Positions 12,377-23,332 of a stretch of DNA of 64,000 nucleotides are shown one piece after another. Where the stretch lies: positions 744,001-808,000 of the forward strand of contig CP120457.1 of assembly GCA_034226945.1 (NCBI GenBank), read 5' to 3'. Position 1 is the stretch's first letter, and every line of letters starts with the position of its first letter. The notes beneath the pieces were generated by a model. That model ran no database searches. It worked only from the letters and a program-made list of their open reading frames with translations, and was not told the origin of the DNA. Source of the stretch: Picochlorum sp. SENEW3 (lineage: Eukaryota). Position numbers and translations under genes: made by a program.

Positions 12377-13862
12377 ATGCGTTGGAGGGTCATTTTGGCG
12401 TTTCTTAGCATACTCGTGAGCAGCCACGTTGTTGGGCAGAGGTGTGTATTATATATCTCTTCTTGTTTGCTTCTTCTACTGGCATCACCAGCAACAGCAG
12501 CACTTATATTCTCTCTGCATATATATATGTAGGATATGGCTGTATGGATATGTGTCTGCTGACCAGGGGGGTGAGGTATTGCTGCCACACTTTATCAACC
12601 ATTATCATCAATTGGGGATAACATACAGGCGAATGCTCATCTTAGTTCACCATGATCCTGATAAGTCTCGTGAGTCTTTGGAGCGTATTGCGACTATTTG
12701 CCATGGGTACATGTTGGAATGTCGCTTTTGGGAAGAGCCTTTCAGTGTGGAAGGACAATACAGGGAGCACTTGAAAATGCTCAAGGACTTTGTATATGAT
12801 CCATACGATTGGATTTTATACGCCAATGTGAATGAGTTCCACGACTGGGAGGGAAATATCAAGTGCGTCTTGTTGGTTGTGTTCTTCTCTCTTCGTATAC
12901 AAGTAGTGTGCTGCTGTTGTGTGTATCAAAAAGCTTGTTTTGGTGGCTCATATGCATGTTGGGTGTATTTATTCAGGTATGCTGTGGAAAAGGCCAATAG
13001 AAAGAGAGCATATTATATAACTGGCCCATATGTGGATAGATTCAGCGGGGATTTCAGGGCAATATCTGTGCCTGCAATGTCTGATGGGAGAAAGACTGGG
13101 GATGTCTTTGATACGTTCCCCGTGCGATGCCCATCACCGGAGATAATTGATCGGTACACTGACCCGGATGCTCCACCGGCGACACAACCGTATGGAGAAC
13201 CCATTGGCCACCATCCAGGTAGCAAAGTGGTGGCCTTTAGAAACTCGATGAGAGTGACTAGGCTACGAGATGGTGTATTATCTCCTGACGAAGCAAAAGT
13301 ATATCTAAGCAATTGTAGTACTATTGAGCCTCATCTTTGCCCTAGAATGTCATTAGATGGTCCGCCAGAGGACTTGTACCACCTCACCCCGTATGCCATG
13401 TACCAAAGCCAATATAGGTACAAGGACACACCATTAAAGGAAGAGATTGGGATCAATATCACACTCTGGCATGCATTAGAATGGGCTGGTATCCAAGTAC
13501 CAATTCATCGAATAGATTGGGCCAAGGAAGTCTTGTCAAAACATAGAGAATGGTTGGAGAGATACAAGGGGACATGTATAGTTGAGAGACAAGGTGCCCA
13601 ACTGCAACAATGTTCACCCTTGCTAGCAAGCTGGCACGAGAAGGCTCGCATGTATCATGATGCTGTTTCTGGAAGACAAATGAAAGTATCTGAGATGTGC
13701 GATCGAGGCAGATTGTTAGGTTTTGATACGAATACATTAGATATGGGCCTGGCATGGGAGGAATTTGAAACATCCTTGAAGGTTGTTTCCAAAGTGCGAA
13801 ATTCCATAAAGGGCGATTCCAGGACTCGATTGGAGAATATAAAGAAGAAAATTCATCACTGA
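12377..13862 (+). CDS. Secreted or Golgi hypothetical protein, glycosyltransferase-like; multi-exon
   Basis: Signal-peptide exon MRWRVILAFLSILVSS; LLPHFINHYHQLG and DWILYANVNEF resemble GT2/GT92-like motifs with a degenerate DxD. Confidence 0.6.
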
Positions 13863-13895
13863 ATTATTATTAGTATTTATTGGTGTAAAGGCATC

Positions 13896-15788
13896 ATGTA
13901 TGGCAGGCGAGGTGGAGGAAGAGGTCGAAAACAATTCCATGGCGGTCGACATGCACCTGCAGCTGGAAGAACAGGCAGTCACTGGCCTGCGCAGAGAGTG
14001 CAAGGTGATTGGAAGAACTTAGAGGATGTATTTCGACGTATTGATGGACGCAGTTATCCTGCCTACAAGGATTTGTATGGTGAATGGTCTTTTCCAGAGT
14101 TTTCTTTAGTCTTTGATCAAATTCAGGGCGATGCATACGCAAGTCCATCAAAGATTCGCGTCAAAGTACCTTGGGATGTTGTCAGATATCCTGAAGAGCT
14201 ATGGAAGATGTCAAAAGTGAGACGGGTTGCTCTGTGTGATTATCTAGTCCGGTCTTTTCAGTGTGCTGTGAGGAGCTCAAAGGGTGATGTGAGAGCCCAA
14301 GCTGGTGGTTGGAGAGGGGAAAAGGGAGGGGAGATGAACATTCAAGATGTTGGGCAATATGTGATGGAGAGATCTTCTGTAACAATTGACAGGGAGTCTG
14401 GAATGCTTGAGGCAAGGTTCACAGTTGGTCTGCCAGCCAAGGGTAGAAATGTACTTGGGCGATGGGCATCGATGATCTTCGTCGATAATCTTCCTCGATA
14501 TGTGTCTGAGGGATTGAAATATTCTTCTTTAGATAGTGCCTCGGTGTATCGCCATGTTCTGACGGTTGAGGATGCAGATGCCCTGAGAAAGGGGTTGAAG
14601 GACAAAAACTTGATTGCATTTGTGAGCAACGGCTCAATTCTTCCAAGAAAATCGGGAAACTCTGACGAGCCGATGGATGATCAATCTGTTGTTCCGTTCA
14701 CCTCACCCAAAGAGTTGTTGGTTGAGATGCAGACACCTAATAACGGTGCCATTGTCGGCATGGGAATTCCAAAAGGAATCACGTTGATTGTCGGCGGTGG
14801 CTTTCATGGGAAAAGTACACTATTAGAGGCGCTTCAGACTGGTATTTATAACAAGATCCCTGGAGATGGAAGAGAGTTTGTTGTTGCAGATGACTCGTGT
14901 GTGAAGATTCGTGCAGAGGATGGAAGACGGGTAGAATGTGTTGACATCTCTCCTTTTGTCGGCACATTGCCAGGTGGAAAATCGACAACATGTTTCTCTT
15001 CGACAGACTCTTCTGGCTCGACAAGCCAGGCCTCCTCAATTCAGGAATCCCTGGAGAATGGCTCAAAGGTGCTCTTGGTGGATGAGGACACCTCAGCCAC
15101 AAACTTCATGGTTCGAGATGCGCGTATGCAAGAATTAATAGCCAAAGACTTGGAACCAATTACACCGTTTTTGCAACGTGTTCGTGCTTTGAGAAATTCA
15201 GGCATTTCCTCAATTTTGGTTGTTGGTGGAACTGGGGAATATTTTTCAGTTGCTGATCGGGTCATTGCTATGAAGAATTATTGTGCAAGCGATGTGACTC
15301 TAGAGGCAAAATCGATTGCAGAGAAATATCATCAGGCGGCTATATCTTCTGGTGTCTCGATGAATGTATATCATGATGAAGAAGGCACCAAATACTTCCC
15401 AATCAAATCCAGAATGCTGGTGGATAATGGCCTACAGAACGAGAGACCAAAGTGCAAAGTACAGTCATTACATTCAGTACAACTTGATCATGAGATTTTA
15501 GACTTGATTGGTCTTGAACAACTTGCTGAGGAAGGACAAACACGAGCCATTGCCTGTGCCATCAATCTTCTATCCAAAAGGATGCATGGCCCTTGGCGAG
15601 GGAAACCCTTTGCTGAGGCTCTAAAGCTTTTAAATGATGAGATCGAGCATCGAGGCCTCGATGTGCTCACAGAGGACGTTGTCCATGGCTCACTTAGTAG
15701 GCCACGCATACATGAGGTGGCAGCAGCATGCAACAGATTACGGACAGCCACATTTCGTCAACACGGCGATGAAGCACTAGTATTATGA
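13896..15788 (+). CDS. ABC-class ATPase (ABC_ATPase / MRB1590-like family)
   Basis: IDGRSYPAYKDL; QGDAYASPS; Walker A GGGFHGKST; RAEDGR; SGSTSQA; Walker B LLVDEDTSATNFM; Arg/Gly-rich N-terminus. Confidence 0.9.
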   Translation: MYGRRGGGRGRKQFHGGRHAPAAGRTGSHWPAQRVQGDWKNLEDVFRRIDGRSYPAYKDLYGEWSFPEFSLVFDQIQGDAYASPSKIRVKVPWDVVRYPEELWKMSKVRRVALCDYLVRSFQCAVRSSKGDVRAQAGGWRGEKGGEMNIQDVGQYVMERSSVTIDRESGMLEARFTVGLPAKGRNVLGRWASMIFVDNLPRYVSEGLKYSSLDSASVYRHVLTVEDADALRKGLKDKNLIAFVSNGSILPRKSGNSDEPMDDQSVVPFTSPKELLVEMQTPNNGAIVGMGIPKGITLIVGGGFHGKSTLLEALQTGIYNKIPGDGREFVVADDSCVKIRAEDGRRVECVDISPFVGTLPGGKSTTCFSSTDSSGSTSQASSIQESLENGSKVLLVDEDTSATNFMVRDARMQELIAKDLEPITPFLQRVRALRNSGISSILVVGGTGEYFSVADRVIAMKNYCASDVTLEAKSIAEKYHQAAISSGVSMNVYHDEEGTKYFPIKSRMLVDNGLQNERPKCKVQSLHSVQLDHEILDLIGLEQLAEEGQTRAIACAINLLSKRMHGPWRGKPFAEALKLLNDEIEHRGLDVLTEDVVHGSLSRPRIHEVAAACNRLRTATFRQHGDEALVL

Positions 15789-15864
15789 TAAAAGGTAGAC
15801 TTCAACAATACTATTGATAAAGAAATCAAAAACCATGAGACTGTCAAACGAGCATGGAGCATGA

Positions 15865-16746
15865 TCAGAGACCATTCTCGATTTCATCCTGGCAGGGCAA
15901 TCCAAGGTTGGTATCATGATAATTAAATCCATGTGCATACCGAAGACCGATCGGGACCATTCCACACAATTTTGGATTGAACTGAGGGGAGAAATTGGAG
16001 AGCGAATGGTCTTTAAGAGCATACAAGTTGCCTTCAAAATCATTTTCATCAATTGTTATCTGTTGCAACAGCTCCTTAGTACCAGCCCATTCCTTTGGAA
16101 TGGTTCCACTCAATGCATTCACATGCATCCGAAGCCATCTGAGGCTTGTCAAGTTACCATACTCTGGAGGAAGGTTTCCCTCTATGTCGTTGAACTCAAA
16201 TTTAAACTCCTGGAGATTCGGGTTTAGTGCAATTTCTGCTGGTAACGTTCCTGTCAGATTGTTAAATGACAAGTCGATTTCTCTGAGATCCGGGAAACAC
16301 TCGTAAAAGTTACCAGGAATTGATCCCGTCAACCAACCACCATCCAGATCAATTTGTCGAAGCTTTGGAAACGCGCACAGCTCATCAGTAGGCACATTGC
16401 CTTCAATCTTGTAGTCAGTGATATGGACATCTGTCACCTCCCCATTTCCAGGGACATTAAACTTCCATGGCTGTCCTTCTAAAGGCGCACCACGACACCC
16501 AATGTGCTCCCAATTCCCCCAAGCTTTGTTACCACATGGGTCACATTCTTGGTTACTGTTTGCCTGATCCGTTGGGCATGTCCAAGACCACAAAGCATCC
16601 TGCCAATTTGGTCCACGCTGAAGCATGGCATCCCGAAATTTGATAAGACCAGTCACCTGATCCTCCGCCGTGTAGCCATATGAGCCTCCGCCCATGAGGA
16701 GCAGAGTCACCCCTCCACAGACAACTGTGTGCTTGAACAACACCAT
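15865..16746 (-). CDS. Secreted leucine-rich-repeat protein (plant-specific LRR type)
   Basis: Signal peptide; Cys-containing LRR cap; LxxLDLSxNxLTGxLP repeats. Confidence 0.85.
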   Translation of the reverse strand: MVLFKHTVVCGGVTLLLMGGGSYGYTAEDQVTGLIKFRDAMLQRGPNWQDALWSWTCPTDQANSNQECDPCGNKAWGNWEHIGCRGAPLEGQPWKFNVPGNGEVTDVHITDYKIEGNVPTDELCAFPKLRQIDLDGGWLTGSIPGNFYECFPDLREIDLSFNNLTGTLPAEIALNPNLQEFKFEFNDIEGNLPPEYGNLTSLRWLRMHVNALSGTIPKEWAGTKELLQQITIDENDFEGNLYALKDHSLSNFSPQFNPKLCGMVPIGLRYAHGFNYHDTNLGLPCQDEIENGL

Positions 16747-17004
16747 GTGTCTTGTACTGATTACCAACAATTTCTTTCGATAATTGTGATAGTTTCAGAC
16801 AGGAGATGTTGTATCAACAGTGCTGATTCATTGATTCCCATGGGAGGATGGACTGCCGAGGACATTCTTGGCAGCCTGTACCCATGAGCACAACAGTCTT
16901 GGCTAGTCCAAGATGGTCATGTCCTTGGAACCCATGGGTCCCGCCCCTTGGTGGTTAGACCTCAGATACAACAAATTTCTACCTATATCTATTTATGTAT
17001 TCCA

Positions 17005-17376
17005 TATGGTTGGGAAAGATGCCGAGGTGTGGTGTTCGACGACATTATTTCAACTGTCGATCGATACTTTGGTACAGCACCCGTACATTCTAACCTCACA
17101 AGACGTCAGTTCTCTACCAGAGAGTATTGCTACTCAGTTATTAGAAGGTATGTATCATTTGGATTCTACTGTGGGGCTTGAGTGACTCAGACAGAGTGCT
17201 TGTTTGTTTTGTTTTCAAGGTTTGTTTGCTGCTGGTAAGTTGAATCCGAGGCTGCTGGCTATGTTTCAAAGGACAGAGTATGACGATGTTTTGGAGAGAA
17301 TAGAGGTTTTGGGTTTAAATAGGGGATGGGTGCCACCGCTGATTCAAGAACACCTTGACCATTTTCACAAGTTCTG
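17005..17376 (+). CDS. Small hypothetical protein; 2 exons (intron about 17148-17219)
   Basis: GTATGT...CAAG intron joins TLFQLSIDTLV...LLEG in frame to LFAAGKLNPRLLAMF...GWVPPLI. Confidence 0.55.
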
Positions 17377-17469
17377 ATATCATTACAATGAGAGATCTCA
17401 AGCAAGTATATACAACAATGCGCTCTGGAACGAAACGAAAAAATGAATTCAATGAAGTATCTGATCCGA

Positions 17470-19008
17470 TTACTGCATTGGGATTGCCCAGGCCACGACA
17501 CCAGCTGCCCCACCAAGAATCACAACAATGGGGGCAGGGACTTTGAGAATTTCTGTGGAGCCGAATGCAGCAATTCCTATGCAAATAGTTGTGGTTCTAA
17601 ATGGGCTGGAGACGTATGCATTCAGCGTGAGTTGGAAGACTGAGGTAATAATAAGGCCAACAGCAGCTGAATTCAAACCTGGCAAGGCTCTTCTGTAGAT
17701 TTGCCAGTGTCGAAATGCACCCCAAAATGGTAATATAGCAAATATAATGATGATTCCCGGAGCAAAAAGCCCAACCCAACATAAAGCGATTCCTGCAATA
17801 GCAAACACGTTTGCATTTTGGGCAATGACTGCCCCAAGGAATGCAGAGAAATTGAACAATGGCCCTGGCATGGCTTGGGCAACTGCAAGACCGGCATAGA
17901 ATTGACTTGCTGACACCCAAGAACACTTGCATTCGGGGGTCACTTGAGCGACATCTGTATTTGAGCATAGTTCGTAGATTGTGGCATTGGCTGAGAGATC
18001 CTGTGGGCAACAAATGGATTGTTGGTTTGGACAGTCTGCAGCAACCACATCATTATACAGCATTGGAAGCACAACTTGACCACCACCAAAGATGATTGAA
18101 CCGGTTCTATAAAATGCTGAGAACCAATGAAGCTCTTTATTGTCGAGGTATGATGTCTGCCCTGCCCCAACAAGCACACCAATCAGGACAGCTATCCAGA
18201 TAAACAGCAATAGTCCACCTCCCAACTTGTTGAATCCGAGCCCATCCGTGCCAGTCGCCATTTTAGAAATTTGGACAACTTGATGGCGTTTGAAAATGAT
18301 GGTGGTAAGTCCTCCCAGGAGGATGAGACAAGGAAAAGTCCAAGGTTTGGGCCAATAGAAGGCAATTACTGCTGATACTGTAGAAATGACCTGTAACAGT
18401 CTCTCAGAGTTGATCTTTTTATTTAACGCTACAGCTGCTGATGCAATCAATGCAATACCAGCCGCAGCCAGACCAGAGACTAACCCATTCAGCCATGCAA
18501 TGTCTTTATCCAGTGTGTCAGCAAGCGCCCAACCAATGGCTGACAGAATGATGAGACCAGGCCCCTGGAAAAGAGCTCCAGACACGAGACCTCCTGGCAA
18601 TCCTTTCTTCAACACACCAAGCGCAAATCCCATCTGGGTGCTCGTCGGTCCTGGCATGCATTGACCCAACATGAAGAGTTCTGTGAAGACGAGGGTAGTG
18701 CACCATCGCAGCTTCTCAACAAAGAGTTTCTGAAACATTCCAATGTGCGCTGCAGGTCCACCAAATGCAGTCCATCCTAGAATAAACCAGTAACGAATAA
18801 GTTCTTTCCAAGTAGCTGGAATCACAATCGTTTCCTCCTCCGCCTCCTTCTTCCCCTGCTTTGACTTCTCTTCAGAACCTTCAACATCTGCCAGCGCCTC
18901 CAAAGATTCTACATCTTTCTGCATTTGGGGCAAAGATTCTGTGCTACTAGAATTTTTTTTCATATCTGCATCATCTGTCGATGATTTCCGGCTATCTGTG
19001 GTGTTCAT
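17470..19008 (-). CDS. Chromate ion transporter (CHR/ChrA family, long-chain)
   Basis: FGGPAAH; QCMPGPTSTQ; IFGGGQVVLPML; QAMPGPLFNFSAFLG. Confidence 0.93.
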   Translation of the reverse strand: MNTTDSRKSSTDDADMKKNSSSTESLPQMQKDVESLEALADVEGSEEKSKQGKKEAEEETIVIPATWKELIRYWFILGWTAFGGPAAHIGMFQKLFVEKLRWCTTLVFTELFMLGQCMPGPTSTQMGFALGVLKKGLPGGLVSGALFQGPGLIILSAIGWALADTLDKDIAWLNGLVSGLAAAGIALIASAAVALNKKINSERLLQVISTVSAVIAFYWPKPWTFPCLILLGGLTTIIFKRHQVVQISKMATGTDGLGFNKLGGGLLLFIWIAVLIGVLVGAGQTSYLDNKELHWFSAFYRTGSIIFGGGQVVLPMLYNDVVAADCPNQQSICCPQDLSANATIYELCSNTDVAQVTPECKCSWVSASQFYAGLAVAQAMPGPLFNFSAFLGAVIAQNANVFAIAGIALCWVGLFAPGIIIIFAILPFWGAFRHWQIYRRALPGLNSAAVGLIITSVFQLTLNAYVSSPFRTTTICIGIAAFGSTEILKVPAPIVVILGGAAGVVAWAIPMQ

Positions 19009-19229
19009 GAGTCCCAAACGGTACGAACTATATTTTCAGTCTACTAGCAATGCTCAACTCTCGGCGTACATCATGTACTGTATTTTACATCAGTCAATAA
19101 AATAATGTCGTTGCAATTCAGATGTTAATGGTTTTGATTGTCGACCATCTGTGTGAGTCGAGGCTGCTGCTGCCAAAGAAGATTCCTTTTGGAGAATGGA
19201 ATCTTAAAGATTCCGCAGAATTCCTCAAA

Positions 19230-20312
19230 TCAGTCAAGCAGGATGGCTTTTAATCGCCCAGCGACATCTCCTAGTACCCCGATACAGCCTGATTCTCTCT
19301 CTGATTGAATGCTACTAATGCAATTGATCTTATTCTTGTTTGAGACGTCGTATAACAAGGATGTCTCTGTATTCCAATCCCAGCACAACAGACGAGAATC
19401 ATTGCCACCGGAGAGGAGCACAGGCCGTGTATTATTTTGCAAGGAGGAAAAACACACTGTATTGCAGGCAGCTGTATGACAGTTGTCGTCGTCCAATGCC
19501 ATCCATACGAGTGAATCTGGATTGGCAACTGCATTATTCTTTCTAGCATGTTGCTGTCTCTGAGGCACATGCTGATTCTTCGCATCAGCATCATACATAG
19601 CCACACATCCATCCCCACGCGCGACTGCTACCAACTCTTTATTTGTTTCACGACTATAATATGAGTCGATTGAATGGATCATGGGTGGGTTGATGGTTCT
19701 CGTCCCAGAAGAAAGGCCTGGCATTGTCCAAGACTTGCCAATCTTCAATTTATCAGGATCCCATCTAATCATCAAGCAATCCAGTCCTACCGACAAGATT
19801 TCATTACAATTTTTCTTTCTGTACAGTACTGATGAGCACACATTTGTATGACCCCGTCGAAGTACACGTCTGCATGTAGTCTTCTTTTTCACTACACTAT
19901 CTGCTGTCGAACTGCCCCTTTGACCATCCAAATCAAAGCAATATATTTCTCCCGAATCATCCCCTGCTGCGAGCTTTGTCTCCAATGTATTTATCGCAAT
20001 ACTATTAACCTCTTCATCGCCACAAACAAAGGTTTCGACGATGGAATTCTTGCCAAACTCCTTTCGAACGTCCAACGTATACACTGCATTCCCAACGCTG
20101 CAAAAGTATACACTGCCGTCCTTTCCACTCGGCTTTATGGATGTGCAGACATCGTCATCGAACTGAATCTGTCCAATACCGGTCCTATCATTCAGGGATG
20201 TAAAACATACCTGGGCGCCTTCGCACCCAGAAGCAACAATTGCCTTGGAGCTCTCAAAGCAGCAGGATATTACTGGTTCTGAATGTAATGTCGGTATTTC
20301 TAGTAGATTCAT
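19230..20312 (-). CDS. WD40-repeat protein (WDR53-like)
   Basis: LAAGDDSGEI; GHTNVCSSV; ILSVGLDC..WD; NPPMIHS; LLSGGNDSRLLCWDW. Confidence 0.8.
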   Translation of the reverse strand: MNLLEIPTLHSEPVISCCFESSKAIVASGCEGAQVCFTSLNDRTGIGQIQFDDDVCTSIKPSGKDGSVYFCSVGNAVYTLDVRKEFGKNSIVETFVCGDEEVNSIAINTLETKLAAGDDSGEIYCFDLDGQRGSSTADSVVKKKTTCRRVLRRGHTNVCSSVLYRKKNCNEILSVGLDCLMIRWDPDKLKIGKSWTMPGLSSGTRTINPPMIHSIDSYYSRETNKELVAVARGDGCVAMYDADAKNQHVPQRQQHARKNNAVANPDSLVWMALDDDNCHTAACNTVCFSSLQNNTRPVLLSGGNDSRLLCWDWNTETSLLYDVSNKNKINCISSIQSERESGCIGVLGDVAGRLKAILLD

Positions 20313-20510
20313 ATTGCAATTGAGTTTGCTCTGTAGAGTATCACGAGCAATACCGATGTGTAGAATCCGTGTTGCAGGATGGGAGCCAGTTCAAATGCAT
20401 GCACTGCAATCACTGAGAGGGTACCACTGACACGGTGCATGGCCCACACGAATCAATTGAATATCTATGAATAATATAAAGATTCCATAGATGGATTGAA
20501 TAGGAGTGTT

Positions 20511-22046
20511 ATGGATTTAGTGAAGGAAAGCAGGTTACCTGCTGATATTATAGGTGAGTCCTCTGCTCAGACAAATGAGGCCGGCTCTCGTTGTTATTCT
20601 CCCGAAACTACTGTGTGAGCATACGTATTTGCAGAGAAATTGGAGAAGAGGGCATCGTTGTATTGGGACGAGTTTTACAGACGCAATCGGGACGGGTTTT
20701 TTAAAACGAGGCATTGGTTTGAACAAGAGTTTGAACAAGAGTTGAGACATGCTTGCAATATTTTGGAAGTGGGATGTGGCACAGGCAGCTCAGTATATCC
20801 TTTACTGTCTATAAGAGATGATAGTCATGTGTATGCTTGTGATTTTGCAGCGTCTGCTGTCGAGCTGGTGAAGAGAAACCCTGGTTATGCCTCAGGTCGA
20901 ATAACTGGTTTTACTGCGGATATAACAAAGGATGCCTTGGAGAGCAATGTGCCTATTGAATCCATTGACACATGTCTGATGATTTTTGTGTTGTCGGCTA
21001 TAAAACCGGTGGATATGGTGGCTGCCGTGGGAAATGTAAATCGAGTTCTGAAGCATGGAGGCATTGTATGCTTTCGAGATTATTGCTCAGGAGACTTGGC
21101 ACAGATGCGAATGGGGCAGGCTGGTAAGCAACAAATGATAGAAAACAATTTTTATGCGCGAGGAGATGGCACATTAGCGTACTATTTCGAAGAGAGCATG
21201 CTTGAGAAGGTTTTCCAGCAAGCCTGTTTCGAGAAAGTGCATTGCAGTATTATTGAAAGAACAGAGGTCAACAGAAAGTCAGGTGTTCCTAGGAACCGAA
21301 AATATCTACAGGCAGTATTCAGGAAAACTCGTAATCTATCACGGGGTGAGTTGAGCCTTTTGATGGAAATTTCCCGGGATCCATGGTCCAATTCATTAGA
21401 GACTGAACAGAACACTGTTGGTAGGATGGAAAAAATAGGAGCAATCACCGCCATACTAGACGAGACAGAAGATACTTCAGTCACGAAGTGTTTGACTGAT
21501 TTTATTTGCACACATTCTGATATATGCCTGAATGCTTTCACAGTAGACATTTCCTTTGATGTGCAGCACTCTGGAAGGCTAGCCCTAGCTGCTTTGAACT
21601 GCTCCTCTGCGCACTTGACGATTACATCGACTGAAAATATGCATCGATTGAGACACTCGTACAATAAGAATTCCACTCGCTATATATACGAGAGATTGCG
21701 TGTGGTTGCAGAACATGTTTGGAGTGAACGTGGAAGAACAACTGCCTTGCAATTGGCCAATTGGTTACATGTTAAGAAAAAGGTCATCCTCATCTCTCTT
21801 GTAGGATCCGAGAACACCTTGACTAGAGAGCTACAAATAGTTGATGATATTTCTCGTTTAGGTACCATGCAAACATATGTATACATTGCATGCACTCTGA
21901 GTAAAAGTCAGCCTCTGAGGAAACGTGTGGAAGATTTCTTCACAGCAAACGTAGCGATTGCCATACAGCAGTTCCAGCTTTTACAGCCCCAAGGACATTC
22001 TGAAATTATGATATTGAACTTTACTCTCTCAGAAAGATTGAATTGA
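20511..22046 (+). CDS. tRNA m3C methyltransferase METTL6/Trm140-like with C-terminal extension; intron about 20554-20634
   Basis: YWDEFY..N...FFKTRHW..EF; LEVGCGTGS; ACDFA; IFVLSAI; FRDY..GDLAQ; YARGDGTLAYYF. Confidence 0.85.
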
Positions 22047-22204
22047 TCGAACACATTACATTGAATGAAATAAAGAAATCTCCATGATGAAATATATGCA
22101 CAAATCTTGCCAAAATAGCACACTAATTGATTTTCGTATTTGTATGTATCAGGCTACAATCAACGCTGCTTAACGTGTGTCAAGTGGCATTTGCTTTTGT
22201 CGCC

Positions 22205-23332
22205 TTAAACGGTGTGCATCTCTTTGTGGATTCCATCAGAGATGTGTCCAACAGTGTATGGCTCTCCTCCCTTTGTGACTGTGTCTTCCTTTCCAAAGGA
22301 CTTCTCAATCTTGCACTCCTTTCCAGTCCACGAGTATGGGGTGTGGCGTTTGAATGTGCATGAACCAGGGTTCTTGGCCAGAACGAGCTGTGCTGGTGTG
22401 CAATCAATGGTGTGGGTCTTGGAATCAATGACGCAGCTCTTTGGCTTGAACTCGAGCTTCACCTTTGGTCCCACACATTCAGTTGGCACCTTTGTAGACT
22501 CGGTGTATGTTGGGCCTGTGCAGTAGTCTTTGGAAGCATCTTCCACAATTTGATAAGCTTGATCAAAGCTTTCAGCGTCCTGAAGCTGCTCAATCAATGT
22601 CACGGTGTCTTCCAAAAGGTCCTTTCCGAGGTCCATTGGGAAGTAATCACCGACAATATCCTGAATAGCTCTGTCTTTTGTGGCCTCATCATAGGTGTAC
22701 TTCAACTTCTCGGCTCTCTGTTGTGTGAAGTTTTTCAAGTTTCCGAAAGCATCAGTGAGGAACTCTCTGGCATCGTCCAAAAGCTTTCCATCAGCAGCAT
22801 TCAAGCGGCGTGCAGCTCCCTTACCGTTGTGGGCCTGGAAGAACTGACGAAGCTGAGCAGTGATATCTTCAACAATGTCTCTGATTCCTGTAAAGATACA
22901 AATCAAAAGGTTAATGAGTCTGAAAAATAGCATCAGATGAGGTTTTGTGTTGCCAGTTGGCCAGCATGGGGTAATCAACCCAATTTCGATCTCCCGATGC
23001 CACCGTGAAACCAGCCCAAACTTGTACTTCATATCATACATAGATATATAAGATGTCAAGGATGGCTTTTTCAAGGTTGAAAACAACCTTAGCAGCACGA
23101 AGATGGGCGATGATAACCCCATGCAGCACACCACCACCCATGATGGGTACAGCAGCCGAGCTCGTGCCATATCACACATATCCCCCGAATCTAGACATAA
23201 TACCGATTTCCCATGATTCTATAACATACCTGCCACAACCTCTCCATTGCCGATGATGCGTTCAGGCTCTGGTGCCTTGGCACTGACCTGAGCTCCTGCC
23301 ACAAGGGCTACAAGTGCAAGTGAGCGAATCAT
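22205..23332 (-). CDS. Secreted hypothetical protein with Cys-rich C-terminus; 2 exons, 342-nt intron 22888-23229
   Basis: Signal exon MIRSLALVALVAGAQVSA; GCAG|GTATGT...TTTACAG|GA joins in frame (VVAG-IRDIVED); ARRL processing-like site. Confidence 0.7.
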
